Of a stretch of DNA of 64,000 nucleotides, positions 1 through 10,165 are shown in pieces. The position numbers and the translations under genes are program-made. Numbering within the stretch: position 1 is the first letter of the stretch; the number at the start of each line of letters is the position of its first letter. The stretch lies in NCBI GenBank assembly GCA_965219455.1, contig OZ244744.1:5728001-5792000 (forward strand). Direction: 5' to 3'. The notes under the pieces are model-generated. The model did not search any database and was not told the origin of the DNA. It worked only from the letters and a program-made list of their open reading frames with translations. This stretch comes from Candidatus Latescibacterota bacterium (GTDB taxonomy: Bacteria > Latescibacterota > UBA2968 > GCA-2709665).

Positions 1-651
1 CGTCAGCAGTCCCCCGCTGAGCCGCCCGCTGGCTACCCCGTCGTAAACACTTGCGAAGTCGAAAGCGCCGACCTTCCAGAACACGATCATAATACCGATG
101 AAAAAGCCGAGGTCGCCCACACGGTTCACCAGAAATGCTTTCTTGCAAGCCGCTGCCGCCGACGGTTTTTCGTACCAGAATCCGATCAGCAGATAGGAAG
201 AGAGCCCCACGAGTTCCCAGAACACGTAAAGCAGCAGGAAGTTGTCAACCAGAACCAGACCCAACATCGAAAACGAAAAAATCGCCAGAAACCCGAAAAA
301 CCTGGAATAACGCGGATCTCCGTGCATATAACCTACCGAATACAGGTGCACCAGTCCACTCACGACCGTTACAACCATCAACATGACGGCAGTTATATTG
401 TCGACCAGCAGGCCAACGGTAATCTTCGCGGCGTTCAAATCAAGCCAGACCCAAGAATCGAGCTCGAGGCGCCAGCCCGGATCGTAGGCCGAAAGCGCCT
501 GGATGAAATACCGGAGAGAAAGAAGAAACGCAACGGCAATGGCCGCCAGGGGTACCCAATCGCCGCCACGGGGCAGGCGCCGTCCCACGAAAGTCTGTAC
601 GACAAAGGCCGCAAGCGGTAGAACAGGGATTAGTAGCAGATCTACGGGCAT
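1..651 (-). CDS. nuoL: NADH-quinone oxidoreductase subunit L (5' part; runs off the window edge)
   Basis: Manual translation from ATG at 651: MPVDLLLIPVLPLAAF...VHLYSVGYMHGDPRYSRFF...WELVGLSSYLLIGFWYEK...KAFLVNRVGDLGF, typical NuoL/ND5 motifs; follows nuoK. Confidence 0.95.
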   Translation of the reverse strand, partial: MPVDLLLIPVLPLAAFVVQTFVGRRLPRGGDWVPLAAIAVAFLLSLRYFIQALSAYDPGWRLELDSWVWLDLNAAKITVGLLVDNITAVMLMVVTVVSGLVHLYSVGYMHGDPRYSRFFGFLAIFSFSMLGLVLVDNFLLLYVFWELVGLSSYLLIGFWYEKPSAAAACKKAFLVNRVGDLGFFIGIMIVFWKVGAFDFASVYDGVASGRLSGGLLT

Positions 652-667
652 TACTCCCCCGGGGACG

Positions 668-973
668 TCATCCGCTCAAAGAGTCCAGTCTATCGATGTT
701 GACCATCTGATAATTGCGGTAGATATTCAAAACGATCGCCAGCGCAACCGCCGCTTCCGCCGCCGCAAGAACAATGACGAAAACGGCGAAAACCTGCCCC
801 TCCAATCCCGAATCGGAGAACCGCGCAAACGCGACAAGATTCAGATTCGCGGCATTCAGTATGAGTTCCACACCCATCAGAATGCTGATCGCGTTGCGGC
901 GCGTGGCAACCGCCAGAATACCCAGGCAGAAAAGAATGGCCCCCACGACCAGATAGTGCTCCAATCCAATCAT
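668..973 (-). CDS. nuoK: NADH-quinone oxidoreductase subunit K
   Basis: C-terminal part of ORF 668..1561: MIGLEHYL...RRNAISILMGVELILNAANLN...AAAEAAVALA; ATG at 973 overlaps the nuoJ stop. Confidence 0.95.
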   Translation of the reverse strand: MIGLEHYLVVGAILFCLGILAVATRRNAISILMGVELILNAANLNLVAFARFSDSGLEGQVFAVFVIVLAAAEAAVALAIVLNIYRNYQMVNIDRLDSLSG

Positions 974-1491
974 AAGTCCCCCTCCTCCTCCTCCTCCCCC
1001 TTCCCCTTTCCGGCCAGCATCGAAGCCCCGATCAGGGCCGCCAGCAACAGCATGCCAGCCACCTCGAACGGCAGGACGTAAGTTGTCATCAGCGACTTGC
1101 CGATCTCCGCGGTACTGGAAGCCGGCGTGGGACCCTCTGAAAGCGGCCAGGACGTTTTCACGATCACCATAACCAGCAGCGCGAAACCGGCGCCGACAAC
1201 AACCACGCTGGGCAGAAACTGCACCCGTTCGGCCAGCAAATTCAAATCGTAGATCCGGTTGGTCAACATCACACCGAAGAGCAATAGAATCAGGATTCCT
1301 CCGACATAGATCAATACCTGCGCGCCCGCCAGGAAATCGGCATCGAGAAAGACGTACAGACCGGCAACACCGAAAAACGTAAACAGCAGGGCAAACACAG
1401 CATAAATCAGCCGGCTCACAAACACGACTGCTGCCGCCGAGCCCACGGTCACGGCGGCAAACAGGTAAAACACGATCGTCGAGAGCTCCAT
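970..1491 (-). CDS. nuoJ: NADH-quinone oxidoreductase subunit J
   Basis: Hydrophobic protein with AQVLIYVGGILILLLFGVML and YVLPFEV motifs; operon position. Confidence 0.95.
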   Translation of the reverse strand: MELSTIVFYLFAAVTVGSAAAVVFVSRLIYAVFALLFTFFGVAGLYVFLDADFLAGAQVLIYVGGILILLLFGVMLTNRIYDLNLLAERVQFLPSVVVVGAGFALLVMVIVKTSWPLSEGPTPASSTAEIGKSLMTTYVLPFEVAGMLLLAALIGASMLAGKGKGEEEEEGDL

Positions 1492-1597
1492 ACAACAACC
1501 ATTTCCGGAAGCCCCGGGACATCAATAGACGACCGCCTTCGTCTGCAAGGCTGGCCCCCATGTTCCCGGCACCCTGAAGTGACGGGGCCGCCGCAGT

Positions 1598-2086
1598 CTA
1601 TTGACGCTCCGCCGACTCCGCGACAGCGGGCTTTTGTTCGTAGTCCCAGGGACGGGCGTAACGGTAGATCAGATCCGTCCGATCGTAAACGGACGACTCG
1701 TAATTGGGGGTCATAATCAGACATTCGGTGGGGCAGGGATACACACAAAGACCGCAATAACAGCAAAGCCCCATGTCGATATCAAAACGCAAAACTTTGA
1801 GCCGCTTCTTTGTTCCCTTGGACGTCAGGCCCAGATCCTCGTCCGGACCGGCCTTTTCGCATTCGATATAAATGCAATCCACCGGACAGGCTCTTGCGCA
1901 CTGATCGCAACCGATGCAATCGTCGATATCGTTGAATAACTGATTGCGCGACCGCTCAGGCATCTGCCAGCGCTCGTCCGGGTACTGCAGGGTAACTGAT
2001 GGCGTGAACATATGCTTCAATGTGATATTCAAGCCCACCCAGATGGAAGAAGCCGACTGATAGAGATTCCTGAAATACAAACCCAT
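1598..2086 (-). CDS. nuoI: NADH-quinone oxidoreductase subunit I (2x[4Fe-4S])
   Basis: TLQYPDE, CIGCDQCARACP and CCYCGLCVYPCP ferredoxin motifs; start set at MGLYFRNL (ATG 2086, GAGG upstream). Confidence 0.93.
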   Translation of the reverse strand: MGLYFRNLYQSASSIWVGLNITLKHMFTPSVTLQYPDERWQMPERSRNQLFNDIDDCIGCDQCARACPVDCIYIECEKAGPDEDLGLTSKGTKKRLKVLRFDIDMGLCCYCGLCVYPCPTECLIMTPNYESSVYDRTDLIYRYARPWDYEQKPAVAESAERQ

Positions 2087-2156
2087 TGCATCACCTCTGG
2101 AGAAAGTGTCCGGTTGATCCTGACCGTGGCTCAAATGCGCAAAGCTCGCGCGATAC

Positions 2157-3329
2157 TCAGGCTGTCTGGGCCCGCTGTGTCCGCCCCTGCATCAACCCCT
2201 GGGCCGCCGAACGCAACAGGAAGAATAGAACGACGGCCATCACGCCCATCAGTCCAACCTTGGCGAGCTCCTGCAGCCATCCTGGAGCGGCGAAGTGCCA
2301 AACGACCGATCCGAGCAGACACAGAAACGCGCCAGGCGTCAGTACTTTCCAGCCCACGAACATCAACTGATCGACGCGCAACCGGGGAAGCGTCCATCGT
2401 ATCCAGATCTGCACCGCCACCAGCAGGAGGCCCTTTCCGATCATCCAGATGGGACCCGCCGGAAACGAACCGCCCCAGGGCGCCTGCCAGCCACCCAGAA
2501 ATACCACCGCGCCTACCATGCTTACAGCCACCATCGCCGCGTATTCCGCCACGAAAAAGAACGAGAAGCGCATGCCGCTGTACTCGGTATGATATCCCGC
2601 CACCAGTTCGGATTCGGCTTCAGGTATGTCGAATGGGGTCCGGTTGACCTCTGCGAGCGAGGCGATAAAGTAAAGGATGAATGCAAGAAACGTAAACGGA
2701 TTGCGAAAGACGAACCAGTGATATAACGACCCGGACTGCGCTGCGACCAGGTCCTGCGTGCTCAGTGTACCCACAAGCGGAATCACACTCAAAAACGCCA
2801 TGGCCACCGGGATTTCATAGCTCACAACCTGGGCCGCCGAGCGCATTGCGCCGAGCAGAGACCACTTGTTATTGGACGCCCACCCGGCCATGAGTATACC
2901 CAGAACGCCCAACGACGAAATGGCCAGAATATAAAAGATACCGATATCCAGATCGCTCACGATCAGGTTGCCGCCGAAGGGGATGCACACAAAGACGGCC
3001 AGAGCCCCGGAAAAGACCAGCAAGGGCGCCAGAATGAACAGCCCTTTATCCGCCGCCGCCGGAATGATGTCCTCCTTCAGCAGGAGCTTGACGCCGTCGG
3101 CAAGCGGCTGAGCCCAGCCGTGCCACCCCCCGGTTCGCATCGGCCCCAGACGGTCCTGGATATGGGCGGATATCTTCATTTCCATGTACACCATAATCAG
3201 GCCCAGTACGGCGACGAGCGTTACGACAACGATCCCGGCGAGCAGCCCCAGCGCAAGGGACACCAGACCGACCGGCACGGCGCTCAAAAAGCCCACCTGA
3301 TTTACAAGAGCCTCCGCTAACTCCAGCAT
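2157..3329 (-). CDS. nuoH: NADH-quinone oxidoreductase subunit H
   Basis: QDRLGP, QPLADGVKLLLKED, NRTPFDIPEAESELVAGYHTEYSG, PRLRVDQL; start at MLELAEAL after AGGAG. Confidence 0.96.
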   Translation of the reverse strand: MLELAEALVNQVGFLSAVPVGLVSLALGLLAGIVVVTLVAVLGLIMVYMEMKISAHIQDRLGPMRTGGWHGWAQPLADGVKLLLKEDIIPAAADKGLFILAPLLVFSGALAVFVCIPFGGNLIVSDLDIGIFYILAISSLGVLGILMAGWASNNKWSLLGAMRSAAQVVSYEIPVAMAFLSVIPLVGTLSTQDLVAAQSGSLYHWFVFRNPFTFLAFILYFIASLAEVNRTPFDIPEAESELVAGYHTEYSGMRFSFFFVAEYAAMVAVSMVGAVVFLGGWQAPWGGSFPAGPIWMIGKGLLLVAVQIWIRWTLPRLRVDQLMFVGWKVLTPGAFLCLLGSVVWHFAAPGWLQELAKVGLMGVMAVVLFFLLRSAAQGLMQGRTQRAQTA

Positions 3330-3339
3330 AGGGTACTCC

Positions 3340-4539
3340 TTACCTGTCGATCTCGCCCAACACGATATCGATGCTTCCGATAATGGCAATGATATCGGCC
3401 AGATAATGGCCCCTGGCGAGTTCGTCAAAAACACTCATCACGGTAAAACAGGGCGACTTCACCCGCACCCGGTAAGGCACGTTGGAACCGTCACTGATTA
3501 CGTATACCCCCAGTTCGCCCCTGGGATTTTCGCTACGAACGTAACACTCCGCGTCTTTGGGGGGCCGTACGTTTCTGGGGACCGCCGCCTGAACGTCTCC
3601 GCCCTCGGGCAGTTGATCGAGCGCCTGAGACACGATCCTGGCGCTTTGCTCCATCTCGCGAATCCGCACCATGTAGCGATCCCAGCAATCCCCCAGGGTC
3701 CCCATTTCTCCCATGCCGACGGGCACGTCGAACTCGAACCGGTCGTAAATTGAATAGGGTTCGTCCCGACGCAGGTCCCATTTCACCCCGCAACCCCGAA
3801 GATTCGGTCCGGTAATGTTGTGACTGTAGGCCAACTCCCGCGACAGGACGCCAACCTTGGCGGTGCGTTCAATGAAAATCTTATTGTACGTGAGCAGTTC
3901 GTTATACTCATTCAATTTGCCCTTGAATGCGGCCAGGAAGTGCCGGCAGCGTTCGATGAACCCCGGCGGCAGATCGTGGGAGACCCCGCCCACCCAGATG
4001 TAATTGTACAACATCCGGGCTCCGCACGTCATTTCAAACAGGTCGAAAATATCCTCCCGTTCCCGGAAGGCAAACAAAAAGGGCGTAAACGCCCCTATAT
4101 CCATCCCATAGGTCCCGAAAGAAACCAGGTGGCTGGCAATCCGGTTCAACTCACACATGATGATCCGGATGTAGTCCACGCGTTCCGGAATCTCGAGTCC
4201 CAGGAGTTTTTCAACGGCCAGAACATACCCCATATTGTTGTTCATCGCCGCCAGATAATCCATCCGATCCGTGAATGGGATCACCTGCGGATACGGCAGA
4301 TTCTCGGCGTGTTTTTCGAAGCAACGATGCAGATAACCGATATGGGGTTTTGCCTCTTCGACAATCTCTCCGTCTGTCTTGATCTCCAAACGCAGCACCC
4401 CGTGCGTACTCGGATGCTGAGGCCCCATATTAATTGTCATCAACTCGCTGTTTAGATTATCGTCCCCCATGTCCGCTACCCGCGGCAGTCCCGGCCGCTC
4501 CACCGTCACTTCTGCCGCCCCCCGTGAAATCTCTGCCAT
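3340..4539 (-). CDS. nuoD: NADH-quinone oxidoreductase subunit D
   Basis: NMGPQHPSTHGVLRL, GYLHR, DRMDY, ENPRGELG, C-terminal DIVLGEIDR (no NiFe CxxC motifs). Confidence 0.97.
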   Translation of the reverse strand: MAEISRGAAEVTVERPGLPRVADMGDDNLNSELMTINMGPQHPSTHGVLRLEIKTDGEIVEEAKPHIGYLHRCFEKHAENLPYPQVIPFTDRMDYLAAMNNNMGYVLAVEKLLGLEIPERVDYIRIIMCELNRIASHLVSFGTYGMDIGAFTPFLFAFREREDIFDLFEMTCGARMLYNYIWVGGVSHDLPPGFIERCRHFLAAFKGKLNEYNELLTYNKIFIERTAKVGVLSRELAYSHNITGPNLRGCGVKWDLRRDEPYSIYDRFEFDVPVGMGEMGTLGDCWDRYMVRIREMEQSARIVSQALDQLPEGGDVQAAVPRNVRPPKDAECYVRSENPRGELGVYVISDGSNVPYRVRVKSPCFTVMSVFDELARGHYLADIIAIIGSIDIVLGEIDR

Positions 4540-4542
4540 AAT

Positions 4543-5013
4543 TTATACCTCAACCCTGATGCCGCGATAAAATTCCTGGACCTGGTAATCCTTGCGCAGC
4601 GGCCACCCTTCCCAGTCGTCGGGACACAGAATCCGCCGCAGATCGCTGTGCCCGTCGAAGACAATTCCGAACATATCGTACGTCTCCCGTTCGTGCCAGT
4701 TCGCCACACGCCATATACCCTCCACTGTTGGCACACGGGGACCGTCTCTACCCACGTCCGCCTTCAGCGTTATCTTGTGACGGCAGGACGTTGAAAACAG
4801 ATGATAGACCAGCGTCAGGTGTTCCGGATAATCCACGCCGCTCAGACACATCAACGACTCGAACCCCATTGCTTCGTCGTCTCGCAGATACAGACCAATT
4901 TCTGCAATTGCATCGGCCCTTACCCGAATAAAGGGATCCACATTTTGAGTCAGATCCAGAACCTGATCGGCGAACTTCGTCTTTAGCCGGTCGTAAATCT
5001 CCTGCGGCGTCAT
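4543..5013 (-). CDS. nuoC: NADH-quinone oxidoreductase subunit C
   Basis: ANWHERETYDMFGIVFDGHSDLRRIL...WPLRKDY motif. Confidence 0.96.
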   Translation of the reverse strand: MTPQEIYDRLKTKFADQVLDLTQNVDPFIRVRADAIAEIGLYLRDDEAMGFESLMCLSGVDYPEHLTLVYHLFSTSCRHKITLKADVGRDGPRVPTVEGIWRVANWHERETYDMFGIVFDGHSDLRRILCPDDWEGWPLRKDYQVQEFYRGIRVEV

Positions 5014-5057
5014 TGATCACCCCCACATCCGGTCCGGCGAAAGTCTGTTGGCGCTGC

Positions 5058-5543
5058 TCAACCTACTTTCGCGATGGAATCGATGCGGATCTTGTCCTGG
5101 AGTTTCAGAACGCCCTCCAACAAGGCCTCCGGCCTCGGAGGGCAGCCCGGTACATAGATATCAACCGGTACAACCCGGTCGACACCCTTCAATACGTGGT
5201 ATCCGTGCTGCCAGTACGGGCCGCCGGAAGTGGCGCAACAACCCATGGACATCACGTATCTGGGTTCAGCCATCTGGTCGTACAATTTCTTCACGCGAGT
5301 GGCCATTTTCAAGGTAACCGTGCCGGCCACAATCATCAGATCGGACTGCCGGGGCGTGGCGCGCGGGACCATGCCCAACCGCGACCAATCGTACCGCGAC
5401 GCCCCCGTGGCCATCATTTCTATGGCGCAACACGCCAATCCGAACGTCATCGGCCAGAGCGAGGACAGCCGCGCCCAGTTGACGAAATAATCGACCGACG
5501 TTACAATTACGTTATCCTGAAAACGGCCTGTGAGCTTTCCCAT
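5058..5543 (-). CDS. nuoB: NADH-quinone oxidoreductase subunit B
   Basis: [36 protein letters not shown]; start at MGKLTG after GGAGG. Confidence 0.96.
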   Translation of the reverse strand: MGKLTGRFQDNVIVTSVDYFVNWARLSSLWPMTFGLACCAIEMMATGASRYDWSRLGMVPRATPRQSDLMIVAGTVTLKMATRVKKLYDQMAEPRYVMSMGCCATSGGPYWQHGYHVLKGVDRVVPVDIYVPGCPPRPEALLEGVLKLQDKIRIDSIAKVG

Positions 5544-5687
5544 GGACGAACATGCCTCCTGAAGCGTCCAACCAAGACTATGGAACTCGAACACCGTGAA
5601 AGGCTGCGAATTGAGACCAGGTAAACAAAACAAGTGGGGCGCGGTTCAACCCACGCGCCTTGGGCCTGACCGGATCCGGTGAGCGGA

Positions 5688-6107
5688 TCAGGCAACGCGG
5701 CTCCCGGCGACGGAAGCTGGCACCGGCGCCTGCCGCCCGGACAGTTTTGGGCGAACCCATTCGAGGGCGCCCTTCCGCCAGGCATACGCGAGACCGAGCA
5801 AGAGCACGGCCACAAATATCGACATCGCCCCGAAGCCGTACCAGCCGAAATCATTCGCCACCACCGCCCACGGATACAGCAAAACCACCTCTACATCGAA
5901 GATGATGAAATCCAGGGCAATCACATAGAAGCGAATATTGAACTGAATCCACGATCCACCCACGGGTTCTTCACCGCACTCGTACGTACTCAGTTTCTCC
6001 GCGCTGGGATTCCGGGGTCGGATCAGACTGCCAATGAACAGATTGACCACCACGAATAGAGCGCCGATCCCAAGAAAAATCAGAACGTTGGCATATTGAT
6101 CCAGCAT
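5688..6107 (-). CDS. nuoA: NADH-quinone oxidoreductase subunit A
   Basis: KLSTYECGEEP, FYVIALDFIIFDVE, LYPWA, AWRKGALEW; AGGAGG upstream of ATG 6107. Confidence 0.96.
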   Translation of the reverse strand: MLDQYANVLIFLGIGALFVVVNLFIGSLIRPRNPSAEKLSTYECGEEPVGGSWIQFNIRFYVIALDFIIFDVEVVLLYPWAVVANDFGWYGFGAMSIFVAVLLLGLAYAWRKGALEWVRPKLSGRQAPVPASVAGSRVA

Positions 6108-6206
6108 CGTATCAGGGCCTCCTGAGGAGCGGCGCAATAAAACGGGGACGGCGACATGGCGCAGGCCTTATTTCCATCGTTGACTGCAATCCGAACCAAC
6201 GGCGAT

Positions 6207-6236
6207 AAATTAGCGAAATCCTGGCGCATCTGTCAA
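6207..6236 (-). promoter_or_regulatory. Putative sigma70 promoter of the nuo operon
   Basis: Minus strand TTGACA-N18-TAATTT about 100 nt upstream of nuoA. Confidence 0.5.
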
Positions 6237-6303
6237 GAGAAAAGCACCCCTCGCGCATCCATTCCCCCGGTTGAGCCGGTCCCCGCCTGATAGTGAATCC
6301 ATG

Positions 6304-6328
6304 AAACTTGACTTTTTCGTACATTTTT
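6304..6328. promoter_or_regulatory. Candidate Rrf2/IscR-type operator
   Basis: AAACTTGACTTTTTCGTACATTTTT resembles the IscR type-1 arrangement (TTGACT-spacer-AGTCAA); the right half is degenerate; lies just upstream of the suf -35. Confidence 0.35.
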
Positions 6329-6332
6329 GATC

Positions 6333-6361
6333 TTGACACACGGATACGGATTGGGTATGTT
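6333..6361 (+). promoter_or_regulatory. Putative sigma70 promoter of the suf operon
   Basis: TTGACA-N17-TATGTT upstream of sufB. Confidence 0.6.
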
Positions 6362-6446
6362 AAGTTTGAATTCAGAAAATGTTATCGTCGCGTTGCATAA
6401 ACAACAACAAAACTAATGCCCTTTCAAGCGATGGAAGGAGCACCCG

Positions 6447-7913
6447 ATGAGCGAAGAAGTTCAGGAAATCGAAGAACTGGCGACCAGAGAATACAAATAC
6501 GGGTTCATAACGGACATCGAACAGGACGCCGCGCCCCCGGGTCTGAATGAAGATATTATCGCCTTCATTTCCGAGAAGAAGAGCGAACCCGACTGGCTCT
6601 TGCAATGGCGCCTTAAAGCCTATCGCAACTGGCTCAAAATGGATGATCCGACCCGTCGCAAGCGAAGCCGGCAATGGGCCATGGTCGACTATCCGGATAT
6701 CGACTATCAAAAAATCATCTATTACTCGGCGCCCAGGAATGCGGAGACACTGCAGAGCCTCGACGAGGTCGACCCCGAAATCCTCCGTACATACGAAAAA
6801 TTGGGCATCCCCCTTGAGGAGCAGAAAATACTTTCCGGCGTCGCGGTCGACGCCGTTTTCGACAGCGTTTCCGTGGCCACGACCTTTAAGGACAAGCTTT
6901 CGGAGGTGGGCATCATTTTCTGCTCGTTCTCGGAAGCCGTGCAAGAGCACCCCGACCTGGTAAAGAAATACCTCGGTTCGGTCGTGCCTTACAATGACAA
7001 TTTCTTCGCCGCACTCAACTCCGCGGTCTTTACGGACGGCTCCTTCTGCTACATCCCCCGGGGCGTGCGATGCCCCATGGAACTGTCCACTTACTTCCGC
7101 ATCAACGCGGCCAACACAGGCCAGTTCGAACGGACGCTCATCGTCGCTGAGAAAGGGGCTTACGTATCGTATCTCGAAGGCTGCACGGCCCCCAAGAGAG
7201 ACGAGAATCAGCTCCACGCCGCCGTTGTGGAATTGGTTGCCCTCGACGACGCGCAGATCAAATACTCGACCGTGCAGAACTGGTATCCAGGCGACGAAAA
7301 CGGCGTGGGCGGCGTCTACAACTTTGTCACCAAACGCGGCGCCTGCCGCGGCGTCAACGCCAAGATCTCCTGGACGCAGGTTGAAACCGGATCGGCAATC
7401 ACGTGGAAATATCCCAGTTGCATTCTCCAGGGCGACAACTCCATCGGAGAATTCTACTCCGTGGCCCTTACCAGCGGGCGGCAGCAGGCCGATACGGGCA
7501 CCAAAATGATCCATCTCGGCAAAAACACCCGCAGCATTATCGTATCGAAAGGCATCTCCGCGAAGAACGGGCAGAACACCTATCGGGGCCGCGTGCAGGT
7601 CCTGAAGGGTGCAACGAACGCCCGGAACTTCACCCAATGCGACTCCATGCTCATCGGCGACCGTTGCGGGGCCCACACCTTCCCGTACATCGACGTGAGA
7701 AACACCACCTCCCAGGTAGAGCACGAAGCCTCCACATCAAAGATCGGTGAAGATCAGATATTCTATTGCAACCAGCGGGGCATCTCCACCGAAGACGCCG
7801 TGTCCATGATAGTCAACGGATTTTGCAGGGAGGTGCTGGCCGAACTCCCTATGGAATTCGCCGTCGAAGCGCAGAAGCTGCTTGGCATCAGCCTGGAAGG
7901 CAGCGTCGGATGA
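6447..7913 (+). CDS. sufB: Fe-S cluster assembly protein SufB
   Basis: [45 protein letters not shown]...LEGSVG. Confidence 0.98.
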   Translation: MSEEVQEIEELATREYKYGFITDIEQDAAPPGLNEDIIAFISEKKSEPDWLLQWRLKAYRNWLKMDDPTRRKRSRQWAMVDYPDIDYQKIIYYSAPRNAETLQSLDEVDPEILRTYEKLGIPLEEQKILSGVAVDAVFDSVSVATTFKDKLSEVGIIFCSFSEAVQEHPDLVKKYLGSVVPYNDNFFAALNSAVFTDGSFCYIPRGVRCPMELSTYFRINAANTGQFERTLIVAEKGAYVSYLEGCTAPKRDENQLHAAVVELVALDDAQIKYSTVQNWYPGDENGVGGVYNFVTKRGACRGVNAKISWTQVETGSAITWKYPSCILQGDNSIGEFYSVALTSGRQQADTGTKMIHLGKNTRSIIVSKGISAKNGQNTYRGRVQVLKGATNARNFTQCDSMLIGDRCGAHTFPYIDVRNTTSQVEHEASTSKIGEDQIFYCNQRGISTEDAVSMIVNGFCREVLAELPMEFAVEAQKLLGISLEGSVG

Positions 7914-8049
7914 AACGGATGAACGAACTCGCTCTGACAACGCAGAGCATCTGAGAACACGTCGAAGGCTTTGCTAGTGGCCCGAAGTTACCCCCTGTCA
8001 CACCGGGTTTCACGACTGCAACAAAAACAGTTTTCCAAAAGGAACACGC

Positions 8050-8823
8050 ATGCTTGAAATCAAAGACCTCCGCGCAAGCGTCGACGGCATCGGCATCCTT
8101 TCCGGCATCGACCTGAAAATCGACGCGGGCGAAGTCCACGCCATTATGGGTCCCAACGGGTCCGGTAAGAGCACCCTCGCCCAGGTATTGGCCGGGCAGG
8201 AAGAATACGAAGTGACCCAGGGTGAAGTTCACTACGAAGGCGAAGACCTGTTGGAGTTGGATCCGGAAGAACGCGCCCATGCCGGCGTATTCATGGCCTT
8301 TCAATACCCGGTGGAAATTCCCGGCGTCAACAGCGCCTATTTTCTCCGGACAGCACTCAACGAACTCCGCAAGGCACGCGGCCAGGATGAACTCGATGCC
8401 ATGGATTTTCTAGTCCTCTCCAAGGAGAAGCTCAAACTGGTGGAAATGGATGAATCCTTTCTCAATCGGGCGGTCAACGAGGGCTTCTCCGGTGGCGAAA
8501 AAAAGCGAAACGAAATTTTCCAGATGGCAATGCTCGAACCCAGGCTGGCCATCATGGACGAAACGGACTCCGGATTGGATATCGACGCCCTGAAAATCGT
8601 GGCCAACGGCGTGAATGCGCTCCGCCAAAGAAACCCCGAAAGCGCAATCCTCTTGGTCACCCACTACCAGCGGCTGCTGAACTACATTGTACCGGATTTC
8701 GTACATGTCCTTCTGAATGGCCGGATTGTTAAATCGGGCGGCAAGGAACTCGCCCAGAAGCTGGAAGCTGAAGGCTACGATTGGATTCGCGAAGAGTCGA
8801 CGGCCCGATTCGCCAGCCCATAA
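8050..8823 (+). CDS. sufC: Fe-S cluster assembly ATPase SufC
   Basis: [52 protein letters not shown]. Confidence 0.98.
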   Translation: MLEIKDLRASVDGIGILSGIDLKIDAGEVHAIMGPNGSGKSTLAQVLAGQEEYEVTQGEVHYEGEDLLELDPEERAHAGVFMAFQYPVEIPGVNSAYFLRTALNELRKARGQDELDAMDFLVLSKEKLKLVEMDESFLNRAVNEGFSGGEKKRNEIFQMAMLEPRLAIMDETDSGLDIDALKIVANGVNALRQRNPESAILLVTHYQRLLNYIVPDFVHVLLNGRIVKSGGKELAQKLEAEGYDWIREESTARFASP

Positions 8824-8839
8824 AGGAGATCGCCTTACC

Positions 8840-10165
8840 ATGGGGATCAATGGCACGCACGCCTATCTGTCGGCGTTTGCTACATTTGAAGAAAGCCTGA
8901 ACGGGCGGTCCGGCTCGCCCCTGCACGCACTTCGCAAGTCGGCAATCGGACGATTCGAGGAACTCGGATTTCCGGGCAGGAGGGACGAAGCCTGGTTTCA
9001 CACAAATGTCGCACCGCTTGTCCGTACTCCGTTTCGCACAACGACGGCAAAGGACGCACATCAGGTCTGGAACACGGAAGACGCCATCCGGAAACTGGCT
9101 GCGACACGCCTGGTTTTCGTCAATGGGTTCTACAGCGCTGAAAATTCCCGCACCGGGAACCTCTCTAACGGCGTGCGGGCGTGCAGTCTTTCCGAATTGA
9201 TGGCCTCCGAACCCGGATGGGTGGAACGCCATATCGCGCGGCACGCCGCCTACAAGGAGCACGCCTTCGTCGCGCTCAACACCGCATTTCTGCAGGATGG
9301 CGCCTTTATATATATCCCTCGAGGCACCGCTGTAGAATCTCCCATTCACGTTGTGTTTAATTCAACACCTTCAGGCGCCCCTTCCATCTCACACCCCCGC
9401 ACGCTTGTCCTGGCTGAAGAAAACAGCCAGGCCACGATTGTCGAAACATATACGGGCGGCGGGACCTATTTCACAAACGCGGTCACCGAAGTCATCGCGG
9501 ACGACGGTGCGGTGGTGGACCACTACAAACTGGAACTCGAGAGCCCGGACGCGTTTCATATCGCCACCATGCAAAGCCGTCAGGGCGCCCGGAGCAATCT
9601 GTCCACGCACGCCATTTCTCTCGGCGGAAAATTGGTGCGCAACGAAGTCAACGCGTTGCTGGCCGGTGAAGAAGGTGAAGCCACGGTCAACGGCTTCTAT
9701 CTGACCGACTGCGAGCAGCATATCGACAACCATACCCTGATCGAACACGCCGAACCGAATTGCAACAGCCACGAACTCTACAAGGGAATACTCGGAGGCA
9801 GATCCAGCGGCGTGTTTCGCGGCAAGATACACGTCCACCGGAAGGCTCAGGAGACCGACGCCTACCAGAGCAACCAGAGCCTGCTCATTTCCGAAAACGC
9901 CGGCATCAATACAAAGCCCCAACTCGAAATCTACGCCGATCAGGTCAAGTGCTCCCACGGCGCAACAATTGGTCAACTCGATCAGAACGCGGTCTTTTAC
10001 CTGCGCTCGCGCGGGTTGCGTCTCCCGACCGCACAGCGCATCCTGGCACATGCGTTCGCGGTCGACATCCTGAACAGAATCAAACCCGATTCGGTTCGGA
10101 ACTATCTCGAACGGATTGTAATGGATAAATTCGAACGGGCGCAAGGCGCCGGGAACATGCCATGA
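8840..10165 (+). CDS. sufD: Fe-S cluster assembly protein SufD
   Basis: FVALNTAF, KPQLEIYADQVKCSHGATIGQLD, FYLRSRG; start ATG 8840 after AGGAG. Confidence 0.96.
   Translation: MGINGTHAYLSAFATFEESLNGRSGSPLHALRKSAIGRFEELGFPGRRDEAWFHTNVAPLVRTPFRTTTAKDAHQVWNTEDAIRKLAATRLVFVNGFYSAENSRTGNLSNGVRACSLSELMASEPGWVERHIARHAAYKEHAFVALNTAFLQDGAFIYIPRGTAVESPIHVVFNSTPSGAPSISHPRTLVLAEENSQATIVETYTGGGTYFTNAVTEVIADDGAVVDHYKLELESPDAFHIATMQSRQGARSNLSTHAISLGGKLVRNEVNALLAGEEGEATVNGFYLTDCEQHIDNHTLIEHAEPNCNSHELYKGILGGRSSGVFRGKIHVHRKAQETDAYQSNQSLLISENAGINTKPQLEIYADQVKCSHGATIGQLDQNAVFYLRSRGLRLPTAQRILAHAFAVDILNRIKPDSVRNYLERIVMDKFERAQGAGNMP

Noticed and set aside
978-1000. (CTC)n microsatellite as a phase-variation tract
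   Set aside because: In-frame trinucleotide run encoding the acidic GEEEEEG tail of NuoJ
668-1561. 297-aa ORF with a poly-Gly stretch
   Set aside because: Only the last 101 aa (NuoK) are real; the rest is an alternate frame over nuoJ
3340-5543. Group 4 [NiFe]-hydrogenase instead of complex I
   Set aside because: The large subunit lacks both CxxC nickel motifs and ends GEIDR, as in NuoD
6372-7724. 450-aa antisense ORF over sufB (similar shadows at 22296..23966, 30172..31395, 48072..49472)
   Set aside because: Antisense shadows of well-conserved genes, expected in GC-rich DNA; no recognisable motifs
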